Shown here piece by piece: positions 19,401 to 28,988 of a stretch of DNA of 64,000 nt. Below the pieces are notes generated by a model. The model ran no database searches, was not told where the DNA came from, and saw only the letters and a program-made list of their open reading frames with translations. The translations under genes were made by a program, and so were the position numbers. The stretch is from an uncultured archaeon (lineage in GTDB: Archaea; Thermoplasmatota; Penumbrarchaeia; JASLWR01). The first letter of the stretch is position 1; every line of letters begins with the position of its first letter. Location of the stretch: assembly GCA_964342815.1 (NCBI GenBank), contig CAYFHS010000002.1, positions 3,079 to 67,078 on the forward strand. The letters run 5' to 3'.

Positions 19401-20681
19401 GTGATCAATACGAATGACGCCCCAGGGATAACGACAACTCCGATTGTTACGTCCAACGAAGACAACCTATATTATTTGGATTGTGATGCCATAGATATCG
19501 ATCCGACGTCTGATGAACTACTTTGGTCGTTCGAATCCAATGCTTCCTTTTTAACGATTAATTCTTCAACGGGCAACCTATCTGGAATCCCGACCAACTC
19601 AGATGTAGGCACTTGGTGGGTACATGTTACAGTTGAGGATGGAAACAATGGAACGGATTCGATAAATTATACACTCTCGGTGATCAACACGAATGATGCC
19701 CCAGAGGTCAATTCCACTCAATCGCGTGTGAAGTTTGATGAGGATACAGCATGGTATGGAATTAATCTAAATGATGTATTCAGGGATATAGATGGCGATG
19801 AACTGGATTTTTCCAATGAACGGAATGACAACATTACCATCGAAATATGCCCCAATTCAACTGTTCTGTTCACACCTCAAAAGGACTGGTGTGGTACAGA
19901 AAAGATATTATTTTTTGCGAACGATTCGAAAGAAGGGATATCCACTAACATCATAATCACCGTAACTCCCATCAATGATGCTCCCACCAATGCCTCTATA
20001 AGGCTGGAGAATTTTAATTATTATGAAGGCAGAACCCAGCCTGCATATGCTAATGCTACGGATGTGGATTTACCATTCGGTGATAATCTACAGTTTTTAT
20101 GGACCTTTAACAGTTCCAACAAAAGTCTAACAGGAAATAGTGTAAATCTATCTCTCCTAGCCGGGAATCATACTGTCACACTTGTTGTTTCGGATTTAGA
20201 AGGCTTCTCCATAAACATTAGTATGGCAATCACAATCCTTGAGGACCCTTTACTCAATGATATAGATACCCCTGATGGGCCGGACAGTAACGAAACAGGA
20301 GATAAAGAAAGCAGTTCGAGTAATATATTTTATTTAGGCATCGGCGGTGCAATACTCGTTATCGTCATAGCAGTAATAATATTAATGTTCTTAAGGAAAC
20401 GATCCCTAAAAAATGGAGAACAAAAGAAATCCTCGCCATCAGATAGTAAAGAAGAGCCAGTTCAACTAGAAAAAGGACAAGACATTTCTTGGTCGGAAGA
20501 CTATGAAATCGACATAACTAATCAATCTCTTTCTACTGAAGAACCAACCTTTTCAAAGGAATTGACCTCCGCATCACCGCCTCCTCCACCGCAATCTTCG
20601 TTTGAGAGCAACCTTGAGCGGGAAAATGAACAAGAGATAATAATGGAACCACCACCCCCACCACCTCCACCGGATAAATAG
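16401..20681 (+). CDS. Giant surface protein with about 20 GLUG-type repeats (IGGLVG...NSYATGNVSG), four or five cadherin-like/'putative Ig' domains, TM anchor, Pro-rich cytoplasmic tail
   Basis: 1426 aa. Signal peptide 'VTITLILMLVCNAVFA'. 26-aa repeat consensus 'xGNDxIGGLVGxNxGSVENSYATGNVSG' in two blocks (aa 158-312 and 452-765), resembling the GLUG motif of IgA1-protease-type proteins. Repeated modules '...NTNDAP...' with 'DVGTYWV' motifs are cadherin-like. TM 'GAILVIVIAVIILMFL'. Tail ends 'PPPPPPPPDK'. TATA-like 'GTTATAAAAATG' about 40 nt upstream and 'GGTGA' before the ATG. Confidence 0.85.
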   Translation: MYPKNTVTITLILMLVCNAVFAMTTSNIFEKKTVCNGTSDRVESYGEILSTRFAGGDGSVGNPYQISNVTHLQNMNTNESAHYVLINDINATETASWNNGDGFDPVGNNVNRFTGSLDGKGYKIYYLTINRPSEDNTGRFRFIEGSVSNLTLIGNNILGNYYVGGLAGSIYSGSINNSFSTGNVSGYSYIGGLVGYSYRGIVDNSYITGNVNGSSFIGGLVGSNNGIVKNSYVTGNLSGIGSRIGGLVGRNRYGSVENCHAIGNVSGDEDIGGLVGQNYYGSVENSYATSNVSGNKNVGGLVGSSDHGFVENSFYCINYTIVNGKNLLAPYGIYMKQFDDWIGDGKTIDIDDHMQQIPGKNYYKISSIADIKTMLSFTKDNHKFRQTANIDLSLEPGLYIPVFSAGEYDGNGFLISNMNLSINYNDRIGLFGMVGSNTQISNVSLIDVDITGNDYVGALVGYNYGSVSDSYATGSGRGNDYIGGLVGYHVEGSVENSYAAGSVGGNDRVGGLVGDNHDGSVENSYATGSVSGKDQIGGLIGKNGGSVKNCYATDNVSGNDRVGGLIGKNGGSVKNSYTTGNVSGEDQIGGLVGINDEGAVMNCNATGNVNGRGDNVGGLVGGNNYGIVEESSAIGAVNGNISIGGLVGINYGKVENCFATGAVSGSIKIGGLIGYNGGKAVKCYASGSVSGIGSKIGGFVGENRNGEVFRCYATGSVSGDHEIGGLVGFNRNSKVLGCYSIGRVIGESELGGLIGENRDGTVLASFWDNQTSGQSTSYGGTGMNTTRMMTKKIFMDAYWDFVSIWNIIESSSYPYLRSFDYLNIITSNDEVTYEDNIYRMDYDAISLVPGNPPLSWHLSTNASEWLKIDKDGVLEGIPLNDDVGTYWVKVSAVHNADTLDFTNFTLTVNNTNDAPEIITAPTKVIYEDSPFFSDYSAIDVDPTFDELYWFFESNAPFLIFNNSTGNLSGTPANSDVGLWWVNISVEDGKGGNEFKNYTLTVINTNDAPGITTTPIVTSNEDNLYYLDCDAIDIDPTSDELLWSFESNASFLTINSSTGNLSGIPTNSDVGTWWVHVTVEDGNNGTDSINYTLSVINTNDAPEVNSTQSRVKFDEDTAWYGINLNDVFRDIDGDELDFSNERNDNITIEICPNSTVLFTPQKDWCGTEKILFFANDSKEGISTNIIITVTPINDAPTNASIRLENFNYYEGRTQPAYANATDVDLPFGDNLQFLWTFNSSNKSLTGNSVNLSLLAGNHTVTLVVSDLEGFSINISMAITILEDPLLNDIDTPDGPDSNETGDKESSSSNIFYLGIGGAILVIVIAVIILMFLRKRSLKNGEQKKSSPSDSKEEPVQLEKGQDISWSEDYEIDITNQSLSTEEPTFSKELTSASPPPPPQSSFESNLERENEQEIIMEPPPPPPPPDK
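16872..18695 (+). repeat. Intragenic tandem repeat array (78-nt / 26-aa GLUG-type units, interrupted at 17337-17753), including near-identical adjacent units at 18009-18059 and 18087-18137
   Basis: Seen directly: two adjacent units share 'GGTGGGCTCATTGGAAAGAACGGCGGCTC(T/C)GT(T/C)AAGAAC', about 90% nucleotide identity. Confidence 0.8.
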
Positions 20682-20699
20682 AAGGATACCCGCACCCAT

Positions 20700-21377
20700 C
20701 TAAGCTTTTTTCCAGCTGTCTTCCATATCTTCGATATCCAAATGATCCTCGAGATAATTCATAACCCGCCGGAAATATTTTTCTGAAAGCTGCCCGCTGA
20801 ACGTTATTAGAATGTCGTGAACCCACTTCTGATGTATACGTGATACCTTCACCTTCGCCCTGCATTTCCCGTGGTCCTTTGATATCAGTTCCATTGTGAT
20901 ATCGTTTCCTTCCCTTTCGCTTTTATGAAGCTCTCCTACAAGCCGCTCAATGGCATCGCTGACATCGAAGAAATCATCGGGTTGATGATACAGTACGTCT
21001 CCGTCGATATCGATGGTCACCACGTTCCTGAACTTCGCCTTTGCAAGTGCCCGGATGATCTTCTCTGCGGTTCCCAAAACCTCGAAATCCTTTTCCACCC
21101 GATCGAGGCCGACTATTGCCGCCAGGGTCTTCAGAAAATCGTCGTTGTGTGAAACGTCCTTCACGTCGAGATCGATGGAAATGGCCATGTCCTCCAGCAA
21201 TCCGTGTACCTGACGCCTTTTTTTCCCGGGGTGCCGTTCGTGCTCCGCCCCGGGCCCAACCAGTGGCTCCGGGAATATACCCAGGGAACTGCCGGCGATG
21301 GTGGAACTGTGCCTTTTACCCCGGCTTTTTATTGCCTTGAACTGCCGTTTTGCCGTATAATTATCCTTGGATGACAT
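20700..21377 (-). CDS. Hypothetical cytoplasmic protein (basic N-terminus, acidic core)
   Basis: 225-aa ORF with protein-like composition. No family recognised. Co-directional and 47 nt from the downstream membrane-protein gene. Confidence 0.5.
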   Translation of the reverse strand: MSSKDNYTAKRQFKAIKSRGKRHSSTIAGSSLGIFPEPLVGPGAEHERHPGKKRRQVHGLLEDMAISIDLDVKDVSHNDDFLKTLAAIVGLDRVEKDFEVLGTAEKIIRALAKAKFRNVVTIDIDGDVLYHQPDDFFDVSDAIERLVGELHKSEREGNDITMELISKDHGKCRAKVKVSRIHQKWVHDILITFSGQLSEKYFRRVMNYLEDHLDIEDMEDSWKKA

Positions 21378-21423
21378 GGGCTACCCCATACATTCGAATT
21401 ATTAAAAATCTTTTTACCGTCAT

Positions 21424-22545
21424 CTACCGGTTCCACGGAAAATCCAGCTCTTCATCATCCTCGTTCTCGACCGGTATGAAACCCTCGTCCGATACTGTGG
21501 TTCTACTTTCGCTTCCCGGTAACGGTAAAAAGCCTTCCTCTATCTCGGGTGATTCCGGTCCACCGTCCTTCTTCGTCACCGTATATTTCTTCTTCTCTTT
21601 GGATCTCTTTCCTTTTTTACCTGAGCGGCGCTTTTTCTTTCCCCGTTTTCCATCACCTCTATAAATTACAATATCGGAGAAGAACGGTACCTGCATATCA
21701 ATATCCAGCCTGAAAGCGAAGAACACTGCCGCCAGACCCGGCAGAAGTACTGCCAGCATCAGGTACCACCCCATGGAAGGGTGCCACAGCAGCACGGAAC
21801 TGACCCTCAATTTCATGCTCAATGATGAATATATCCTGCTGTACGTTTCCACGCTGGACCCGGAAAAGCTCTCCTCGTATACCGTCCCGTTGCTGAATTG
21901 TTCATATACCGCATCACGGGTTGTGTAGAAATTCTCGTACTCGTCGCTTGCCTGAGCCGGAACCGTGAGATTTTCAATGGTGATGTGGTCGAAGAGATGA
22001 GGATATACCGTTTCCTCCAGGTCTGCACTAACAGCAGACGGTATGTCGTTATAGAACGAAACCACCGCAGCGGTGGCAGTGAAAAACAGAAGAAAACCGT
22101 TTATTATCATTGCGATCTTCAGATATTTACGTTTACTCCTGATGAAAAGAAAAGGCACAAGCACAGCAAGGCCGATAATGCAGAAAGTCAGCGAAATTAT
22201 GCTGAAAAGCCTGGCTCTCCCCATTACTTCTCCCACATGCGGCAGCTCTTCGTAATCCCCCTGGCCGTCACCTGTGAGGGGAGGTCTGAATATCTGGGGT
22301 GACGAGCTTGCTCCGTGATACCAGTTCCTTTCCTTGAGACCCATGCTTTCTCCCGTGAACATGGTACCGCTTGCAAAAACGTTCGCTCCCGAACTGAGAG
22401 TGCCGCTGGTATTATGATCCATGGAGTACCAAGGGCTGGCGAGAGCGATGAATACCATAAACAGCATCAATATCTGCGCAGCCAGGAAATAATACCATTT
22501 CATCATTTTATCGTATCCGTTTACCGCACCCCCCCAAATCAACAA
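21424..22545 (-). CDS. Hypothetical polytopic membrane protein with Lys-rich C-terminal tail
   Basis: 373-aa ORF with four hydrophobic segments and a tail 'GKRGKKKRRSGKKGKRSKEKKK'. The likely start is the internal Met 'MMKWYYF' at about 22506. Confidence 0.55.
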   Translation of the reverse strand: MLIWGGAVNGYDKMMKWYYFLAAQILMLFMVFIALASPWYSMDHNTSGTLSSGANVFASGTMFTGESMGLKERNWYHGASSSPQIFRPPLTGDGQGDYEELPHVGEVMGRARLFSIISLTFCIIGLAVLVPFLFIRSKRKYLKIAMIINGFLLFFTATAAVVSFYNDIPSAVSADLEETVYPHLFDHITIENLTVPAQASDEYENFYTTRDAVYEQFSNGTVYEESFSGSSVETYSRIYSSLSMKLRVSSVLLWHPSMGWYLMLAVLLPGLAAVFFAFRLDIDMQVPFFSDIVIYRGDGKRGKKKRRSGKKGKRSKEKKKYTVTKKDGGPESPEIEEGFLPLPGSESRTTVSDEGFIPVENEDDEELDFPWNR

Positions 22546-22616
22546 TTATATTCAATAACCACAATTATCACAAAATTATAAATAATAACAAGGTGATTTT
22601 CTCACAGTGATGCAAT

Positions 22617-22910
22617 ATGGTATTCGGTATAGATTTAAGCACAGGTTGGCTGATCGGATTGATCGGCATAGAGCTGATAGTGGGTTTTCTTATAGGCTAC
22701 ATCATCCTGTCCAGAGCTTTCAAGTGGGCGTTGATAGCAATTATAGTCCTTGGAATACTGCTCTATTTCGGTCTCGTTAGTACAAGTGTCATTACAGGCG
22801 GCATAAAGGATATCCTCAGCTCAGATCATCTAATGAGCCTACTGACGTTTATTTCCGCACCGCTCGTGGTTGGAATGATACTTGGCTGGCTCGTTAAAAA
22901 GATATTCTGA
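22617..22910 (+). CDS. Small membrane protein (three TM helices)
   Basis: 97 aa, strongly hydrophobic ('LIGLIGIELIVGFLIGYIIL', 'ALIAIIVLGILLYFGLV', 'LLTFISAPLVVGMILGWLV'). Confidence 0.5.
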   Translation: MVFGIDLSTGWLIGLIGIELIVGFLIGYIILSRAFKWALIAIIVLGILLYFGLVSTSVITGGIKDILSSDHLMSLLTFISAPLVVGMILGWLVKKIF

Positions 22911-22952
22911 TAAGCTTTAATACAGGTTTCGACTTCCGTACGTCGTGATAAA

Positions 22953-24059
22953 ATGGCCGATGTCAAGTCAGTTTTGATAATCTTAGTTCTCATCGTCCTC
23001 GTGGGATCGGTCTTGGTTGTTGTATACAGAAATATTAAAAAGGACGAAGAAATGCTCAACAAGGTTTACGATATAAAACCTTATGCAGGACCGGACATGG
23101 AGGTGGTGGTGGGCGAGAAGGTCACCTTCGTCGGCCGCAATTATGCGGACTCTTCGAAATATCCTGATGTTCTTTATAAGTGGGATTTTGGAGATGAGGA
23201 GAGACCATGGGAGCGAAATGTTCTCGATACTGTAACACACACGTATGATTCGTCGGGTGAATACATCGCGCGCTTCACCATAACCGTGATAAGCAGCAGT
23301 GGGGGACAGAGCAAAAGCGATATTATCAACATCACAGTTCTTAAAAAAAGCCAGAAGAACACGGCACCCGTTGCCACCTTCACAGTCTCTTCAAACAGCG
23401 CAGCAGTTGGTGAAACTATTCATTTTTCGGCTGTGGAGAGCAGCGACGCGGAGGACGGCAACAACCTTGAGTTCTCATGGGACCTGGACAACGACGGTCT
23501 GGAGGACGGGGACCAGAGGGAAATATTCTTTAACTATTCCTTTGTGGGCGAGTATCTGGCCACTCTCATTGTCACCGACAGCGGTGGCAAGATGGACGAC
23601 CACAGCGAAAACATCCACATATCCGAGAGGGAACGACCCGACAAGATCGAGGTAGAGCTTGATAACGGCGGCGCAGGGGAGATTGAGGCAAACACACCGA
23701 TATCCGATTCAAATTTTATTTTTAATTGGGACCTGACCGCAGAGCTTGCCGAAGACATTAAAAAAATTGAAGTCGTTCTGGAATGGGATGATATCTCTTG
23801 GGACCTGGATGTTTCCACGGGCAAGGGCGCGGGCAGCGGCAGTGGGGATATACTGGCGGAAGACACCGACGGCAGCGAGGGGACTGGAGAAGGCAATGTA
23901 GTTCTGGAGCTGGACGATAGCGGTGAGCTGGCCTACGATGTGGATGAAGGATGGTTCGTTGAGATCAGCACCAAGGAAAGCGTGCTGACAGCAGGGGGGA
24001 ATAAAAATTTAAATGACCAGTGCGAATTTACCGTGACGGTCATTATTTGGTACGTATAA
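22953..24059 (+). CDS. Membrane-anchored protein with two PKD domains and an acidic C-terminal region
   Basis: N-terminal TM 'VLIILVLIVLVGSVLVVVY'. PKD-like 'YAGPDMEVVVGEKVTF...YKWDFGD' and 'VATFTVSSNSAAVGETIHFSAVESSDAEDG..LEFSWDLDNDG'. Confidence 0.65.
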   Translation: MADVKSVLIILVLIVLVGSVLVVVYRNIKKDEEMLNKVYDIKPYAGPDMEVVVGEKVTFVGRNYADSSKYPDVLYKWDFGDEERPWERNVLDTVTHTYDSSGEYIARFTITVISSSGGQSKSDIINITVLKKSQKNTAPVATFTVSSNSAAVGETIHFSAVESSDAEDGNNLEFSWDLDNDGLEDGDQREIFFNYSFVGEYLATLIVTDSGGKMDDHSENIHISERERPDKIEVELDNGGAGEIEANTPISDSNFIFNWDLTAELAEDIKKIEVVLEWDDISWDLDVSTGKGAGSGSGDILAEDTDGSEGTGEGNVVLELDDSGELAYDVDEGWFVEISTKESVLTAGGNKNLNDQCEFTVTVIIWYV

Positions 24060-24062
24060 TTC

Positions 24063-27000
24063 TTAATCCTCGTCCAGCCCTTCTGCCAGTTCACCAATCA
24101 GCCTACGCGAGCGGACCAGGCGTTTTATGTAGATTATCAAAGAGACCACAACAAATATGAACAGTAGAGCGGCTCCGGCGATAAAGGGCCGGATATCCAA
24201 TTCTTCCTCACCCGCCGCATTGTTGGAAGAGCCCTGATGGTTCACAGAAATTCGCATCGTCAACTTCCGAGTATATTTCATTCCGTCGAAACCACGTACC
24301 GATATCGTATGAGCACCGTTCTCAAGTTCTATAACGTCCACCTTGAGAGTATACTTCCGATGCTGATCATCCTGTTTTTTCCAGGTGATCCTGTCATGGG
24401 TCATTGTTTCCCAGCGCCCGTCGTCGATCTTCACATCTATCTTCACCGGTCTTCGAAAATCATCCTCCATGATAACAGTTACCACCGCATTCACTGAGAC
24501 CTCCCCGCCCCCGCCTTCCAGTACGGACAAAGAAGGCTCGATATCCCTCCAGGTGACGAATATTTTCAAGGAGAATTCGGTGCTGGATCTACCATCATCG
24601 TCAACGGCTGTGAGGTGGATCGTGTGGTTGCCGTAGGAAAGCCCGGATTCGACCACAAGTATCTCACCGGAACCCAGCTCACCGTCCAGATCGGACCGCC
24701 AGTTGAATTCGATTACGATCCCATCAGGGTCCTCACCCTGGGCCTTCAATATAACCGGATCACCTTCCACGGGGAATTCCGGCTCATAAGATTCGATGTA
24801 ACAGGTGGGAGCAGCATTCGGCTGCTTTACCACATGGGTTCTTTTCACAGGAACTGACTCCAGTCCTAGCTCATCCGTTACCATGAAACTTATAGTATGT
24901 GTACCCGAAACTAGAACCGAGGTGAATTCAGGTTCCTTGGAAAGAAGACCACTTATGTCCGAGTGCCATCGATATTCCAATATCTTGCCGTCAATATCCT
25001 CTCCGCTGCCGCGAAAATAGACTGGTTCATCATTATCGGATGGTGAAGGAGATATCTCCTCTATCCTTGCTACAGGTGCGCTGTTCGGTCCAATTATCGT
25101 AAGAGCAGTATGAACCTCGGGGGAGACGGAGCCCTCATCGTCAGTTACACTGAAGAATATGATGTGATCCCCAGTGGACATTTCACTGGCATCCAGTGTG
25201 AATTCCATCAAATCCGAGAGCACTCCGTCGATACTTGAACGCCAATGGTATCCCGAAATACGTCCGTCCGGATCTGTCCCGGTCCCAACGAAACTAACAA
25301 TATCCTCACCCTGCTTTGCCGGAGACGGTGAGACGGATTCGATCACGGCAGCAGGAATTTGGTTCGGTGGATATATGACGGCAATGTTTTCACTTTCCAC
25401 GTCCCGGCTCACCGCCCCATCACTATCCATCACCTGCAGTGTAACCTTATAATCGTCCGGTTCGTCATATATGTGGACAGCGTTGGATTCCAATATCCAC
25501 CCAGTATTGGTCCCGTCGCCAAAATCGAAAAGGTACTCGGTAATCCTTACGTCATCTGTGGAACCCGAACCATCTGCATTGATCTCTTCTCCCACCAAGG
25601 CGTCCGTGGTGGAAAGAGTGAGCACCGGCTCGGGAAGTTCATTACTGGTGCGTATAAATATCTCCGCAACAGCGAGATTGTTCTCCTGGCTATCCTCAGG
25701 GGGCACCACATCCTTCAGAAGAGCCTTGATATAATGCAGGTCTCGCAGGTCCCCGGTATCGAGTTCACAGGAGAAGGTCGCCTCTTGCATGGATAAAAGG
25801 TTCACGATGGGGATGGGGGGAATAATCAACGAATGATCTTCCATTTCATCAAGGTACACATGTAGCGAAGCATTCTCTATAAGGCCCATACCCAAGTTCT
25901 TTACAGTAATGTCAATATCTACGATGCTGCCGGCAATGGGATGGTCATCGGACAAACGCAATTCCGCAACGGTAATGTCAGGGGTGTCGAGCGGTTCGAC
26001 CAGGGTTATTTCCCGGTTCACCTCGACACCACTAATGTTATGGGACTTCCCCGGCCCCCAATACACAGTGATATCCACAGGTCCTTCATGACCCCCCAGT
26101 CCGAAATCGAGGGGCAGGGAATTCTGCTGACCGTGAGCACCCATTCCTCCCTCTACTTCTTTGATATAAAAATTGTTGCCGGTATTTACCTTCACCCGGG
26201 CGCCAATGCCGAAGGAATTATGGGTCGTCCCCTGAAGATTGATCTTTATCCAGTTATTGTCGTGGGGCAGTTTATTTTCGAATAACCTGACCTCGTAAGT
26301 ACCGTTTTCGAAGGGGTATTTTCCCGCTGTCAACAGGTCCGTCATACCGTCGTTGTTGTAATCGCACCACGATGAAGCATACGTGTCCCAGACCCTCACG
26401 CCCGCCATCTCGGTAACGTCGGTGAAGGTGCCGTCCCAGTTTCCGATATAAAGGAAAGAATAGGCATAGCCCACATCTCCATATACCTGCGGCAGGTAGA
26501 TGTCAAGATAACCGTCGTTGTTGAGATCGTCCCAGGCACATCCCACGAACAATTCGTCACCCTGGTTCGGGGCCACATAGGGTTTTATGGGGATTCCCGC
26601 CGAGCTGCGGACGTTGGTGAAGCTGTAATCGGGTGCGCCGTCGTTCCGGTATAAAAGAGAATCGTCCGAGGTCCTCCAGTCCTTGTGGTTGAGATTGGTC
26701 ACCCAAAGGTCGAGGTCGCCGTCATTATCGTAATCACCCCACAGGGCTCCCACACCGTGGCCTGGTCGGTCATATGGGTCAGGGTTCTCGCCGGTTCGGG
26801 AAGGAGCGTCGGCAACGTTCTTTTCGGCAGCCACATCCGTGAAGGTGCCGTCACCGTTGTTCTCGTAGAGATAATTCAACTGCTGCCGGTAATTTGCCAC
26901 ATAGAGGTCCAGCCATCCGTCATTGTTGTAATCACCCCAGATCACCCCTCTTGAATAGCTTTTATGAGCCGATTCGTCCACACCTGCCTCGAAAGTAGTG

Positions 27001-27635
27001 TTCGAAAAGGTTCCATCCCCGTTGTTCCGGTACAGCCGATTTGAATAATATACTGCGTTACCGTCGTTCCAGTTCTCGCCTCTGGCAATATAGAGGTCCA
27101 AAAAGCCGTCGTCGTCATAATCTCCCCAGGCGCACGCAGTGGTATGCGAATGGCTCTCGATACGGGAACCGACTGTAGCGTCTGAAAACTTGAAATCCCC
27201 TGACTGGCCCGGACCTTCGTTGTGCCATAATTTATTGGAGCCCTCCATGTAGATATCCAGTAAACCGTCATTGTCATAATCGGCCCAGGTGCCGTGACCG
27301 CCACCAGACAGGCCGACGGAAGCAGTTGTTTCTCTGAAACGCCAGGCAGGAGGACCGCCATTCCTGAAAAGCCTGCTCTCGGCCAGAAGGTCCTGGTACC
27401 CGTCATTATCATAATCGCCCCAGGCAAAGAAGTTACCGCTGACACCGGCAAGACCCGCCCGCTGGGTGACATTCGTGAACCAGGGGCCATCCCGCGTACC
27501 TTCAAAACGATTAATGTCGTTCATATCTGGAAAAGAGCGTTCTTCTTCGTTTTGCTGCTGGACTTCCGGAGATGTCCAGGCCAATATCAGGAACATAAAA
27601 AACAGAAAAAATGTCGTGACTCTTGTGAACTTCAT
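24063..27635 (-). CDS. Giant surface protein: FG-GAP/VCBS beta-propeller repeats plus ASPIC/UnbV domain (CRTAC1-like), CARDB-like domain, four PKD/Ig-like domains, C-terminal TM anchor
   Basis: 1190 aa. Signal 'FFLFFMFLILAWTSP'. Seven 'GDYDNDGxxDLy' FG-GAP Ca-binding repeats. 'FGIGARVKVNTGNNFYIKEVEGGMGAHGQQN' matches the ASPIC/UnbV signature. TM 'FIAGAALLFIFVVVSLIIYI'. The start overlaps the stop of the upstream gene by 4 nt. Confidence 0.85.
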   Translation of the reverse strand: MKFTRVTTFFLFFMFLILAWTSPEVQQQNEEERSFPDMNDINRFEGTRDGPWFTNVTQRAGLAGVSGNFFAWGDYDNDGYQDLLAESRLFRNGGPPAWRFRETTASVGLSGGGHGTWADYDNDGLLDIYMEGSNKLWHNEGPGQSGDFKFSDATVGSRIESHSHTTACAWGDYDDDGFLDLYIARGENWNDGNAVYYSNRLYRNNGDGTFSNTTFEAGVDESAHKSYSRGVIWGDYNNDGWLDLYVANYRQQLNYLYENNGDGTFTDVAAEKNVADAPSRTGENPDPYDRPGHGVGALWGDYDNDGDLDLWVTNLNHKDWRTSDDSLLYRNDGAPDYSFTNVRSSAGIPIKPYVAPNQGDELFVGCAWDDLNNDGYLDIYLPQVYGDVGYAYSFLYIGNWDGTFTDVTEMAGVRVWDTYASSWCDYNNDGMTDLLTAGKYPFENGTYEVRLFENKLPHDNNWIKINLQGTTHNSFGIGARVKVNTGNNFYIKEVEGGMGAHGQQNSLPLDFGLGGHEGPVDITVYWGPGKSHNISGVEVNREITLVEPLDTPDITVAELRLSDDHPIAGSIVDIDITVKNLGMGLIENASLHVYLDEMEDHSLIIPPIPIVNLLSMQEATFSCELDTGDLRDLHYIKALLKDVVPPEDSQENNLAVAEIFIRTSNELPEPVLTLSTTDALVGEEINADGSGSTDDVRITEYLFDFGDGTNTGWILESNAVHIYDEPDDYKVTLQVMDSDGAVSRDVESENIAVIYPPNQIPAAVIESVSPSPAKQGEDIVSFVGTGTDPDGRISGYHWRSSIDGVLSDLMEFTLDASEMSTGDHIIFFSVTDDEGSVSPEVHTALTIIGPNSAPVARIEEISPSPSDNDEPVYFRGSGEDIDGKILEYRWHSDISGLLSKEPEFTSVLVSGTHTISFMVTDELGLESVPVKRTHVVKQPNAAPTCYIESYEPEFPVEGDPVILKAQGEDPDGIVIEFNWRSDLDGELGSGEILVVESGLSYGNHTIHLTAVDDDGRSSTEFSLKIFVTWRDIEPSLSVLEGGGGEVSVNAVVTVIMEDDFRRPVKIDVKIDDGRWETMTHDRITWKKQDDQHRKYTLKVDVIELENGAHTISVRGFDGMKYTRKLTMRISVNHQGSSNNAAGEEELDIRPFIAGAALLFIFVVVSLIIYIKRLVRSRRLIGELAEGLDED

Positions 27636-28279
27636 GATAAGTCCTCCCCGCTGTTGGATGATAAGCCCAACGGTTCTTGAGAGCGTGGTTTGAAAGGCGG
27701 CGGGACAGGGGCCGCCGGCTCATTGGAAAGCAGATACATAAGTTTTTCGAGATTGACTATATCCTCGTAGTTATACAGCAGAAGAGAGTTCAGTATATCC
27801 GTGTCTCCGGTTTTTTCATACTCTCTCCACTGCATCATGGCCTCCCTGCCGTCCATACCCTCCGTTTCCCTTTCGATGCCGAGAATAGACTCCACCTTCT
27901 TCAAGCCGCCCCATAATCCTTTCTCCCAGCAAAGGGGGCAGAGATCGATGTGGTGGAATTCCTCATCGAGCATAATGCCGAACTGCGCGTTGATCACGGG
28001 AAAATCGAAACCGATATATCCTTTTCGACCGGCCGGTTTGGACCTGCCGTTATATGTTACGAGAGTGTCGACCCCCGACAGAACTTCCATTAGTGACCCC
28101 GCACTACATTCCTCCCCTACGAGCTGGATTACTTTCTTTTCTAATGAAACATCGTCAACTATGTAGATCCCAATTATGGTAAGTTTATGATTAGCCCAAT
28201 CCTTGAACAATCGCTGATCGCCGGAGGAATAATTCCCCACATAATTGGTTTCTATGTCGATAAAGGCCCTTCGGGTCAT
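27632..28279 (-). CDS. RNase H-fold 3'-5' exonuclease-like protein (YprB / PolB-exonuclease-related, COG3298-like)
   Basis: 215 aa with motifs 'FIDIETNY' (exo I-like D-x-E), 'YNGRSKPAGRKGYIGFDFPVI' (exo II-like Y-N-G...F-D) and 'HHIDL' (exo III-like). Family call from motif pattern only. Confidence 0.55.
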   Translation of the reverse strand: MTRRAFIDIETNYVGNYSSGDQRLFKDWANHKLTIIGIYIVDDVSLEKKVIQLVGEECSAGSLMEVLSGVDTLVTYNGRSKPAGRKGYIGFDFPVINAQFGIMLDEEFHHIDLCPLCWEKGLWGGLKKVESILGIERETEGMDGREAMMQWREYEKTGDTDILNSLLLYNYEDIVNLEKLMYLLSNEPAAPVPPPFKPRSQEPLGLSSNSGEDLS

Positions 28280-28472
28280 TGGCTCACCTCGGTATGGGAC
28301 AAAGCAATATCTTGTTCCTTCTCTATAATTCTATCTGCACAAAAATTTTTCGTCTGCAATGCATGGTGCCGGTAAGGCCGAAATACTGGATGCTCACCCC
28401 CACTCATACCCATTAAAATGAAAGAACAGATTATAAATAACACAATCTCCATGTTCCCGTCGAGGTGTACAA

Positions 28473-28898
28473 ATGGCTACAGCTATAATCGAAACCAACA
28501 GGGGAAATATAGTAATTGAGCTTTTCCAGGACAAGGTCCCGAAGACGGTTGGGAACTTCATGAAATTAGCAAATGACGGTTTTTACAACGGATTGAAATT
28601 TCACCGGGTGATACCGGACTTCATGGTACAGACGGGGTGCCCTCAGGGAACGGGAACCGGCGGACCGGGCTACAAGTTCAGCGATGAGTTTCACCCCCAA
28701 TTGCGTCATAATACCCCAGGTATTCTCTCAATGGCAAACTCGGCTCCAAACACAAACGGCAGTCAGTTCTTCATCACCCACGTACCCACACCTTGGCTCG
28801 ACAATAAGCACTCGGTATTCGGAAAGGTATCCCAGGGTCAGGAGGTCGTGAACGCCATCCAGCAGGGCGACGTGATGAATCGGGTCACTATACGTTGA
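28473..28898 (+). CDS. ppiB: Peptidyl-prolyl cis-trans isomerase, cyclophilin type
   Basis: 141 aa with '[25 protein letters not shown]' and '[17 protein letters not shown]', unmistakable cyclophilin signatures. Confidence 0.95.
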   Translation: MATAIIETNRGNIVIELFQDKVPKTVGNFMKLANDGFYNGLKFHRVIPDFMVQTGCPQGTGTGGPGYKFSDEFHPQLRHNTPGILSMANSAPNTNGSQFFITHVPTPWLDNKHSVFGKVSQGQEVVNAIQQGDVMNRVTIR

Positions 28899-28988
28899 GC
28901 AATCCATTCAACCCCACTTTCGTACAATGCTCTAGCGAATTACACTGAAAATAAGATGAAAATCCCTCAGGAAACTGGGTGAAAAGAA

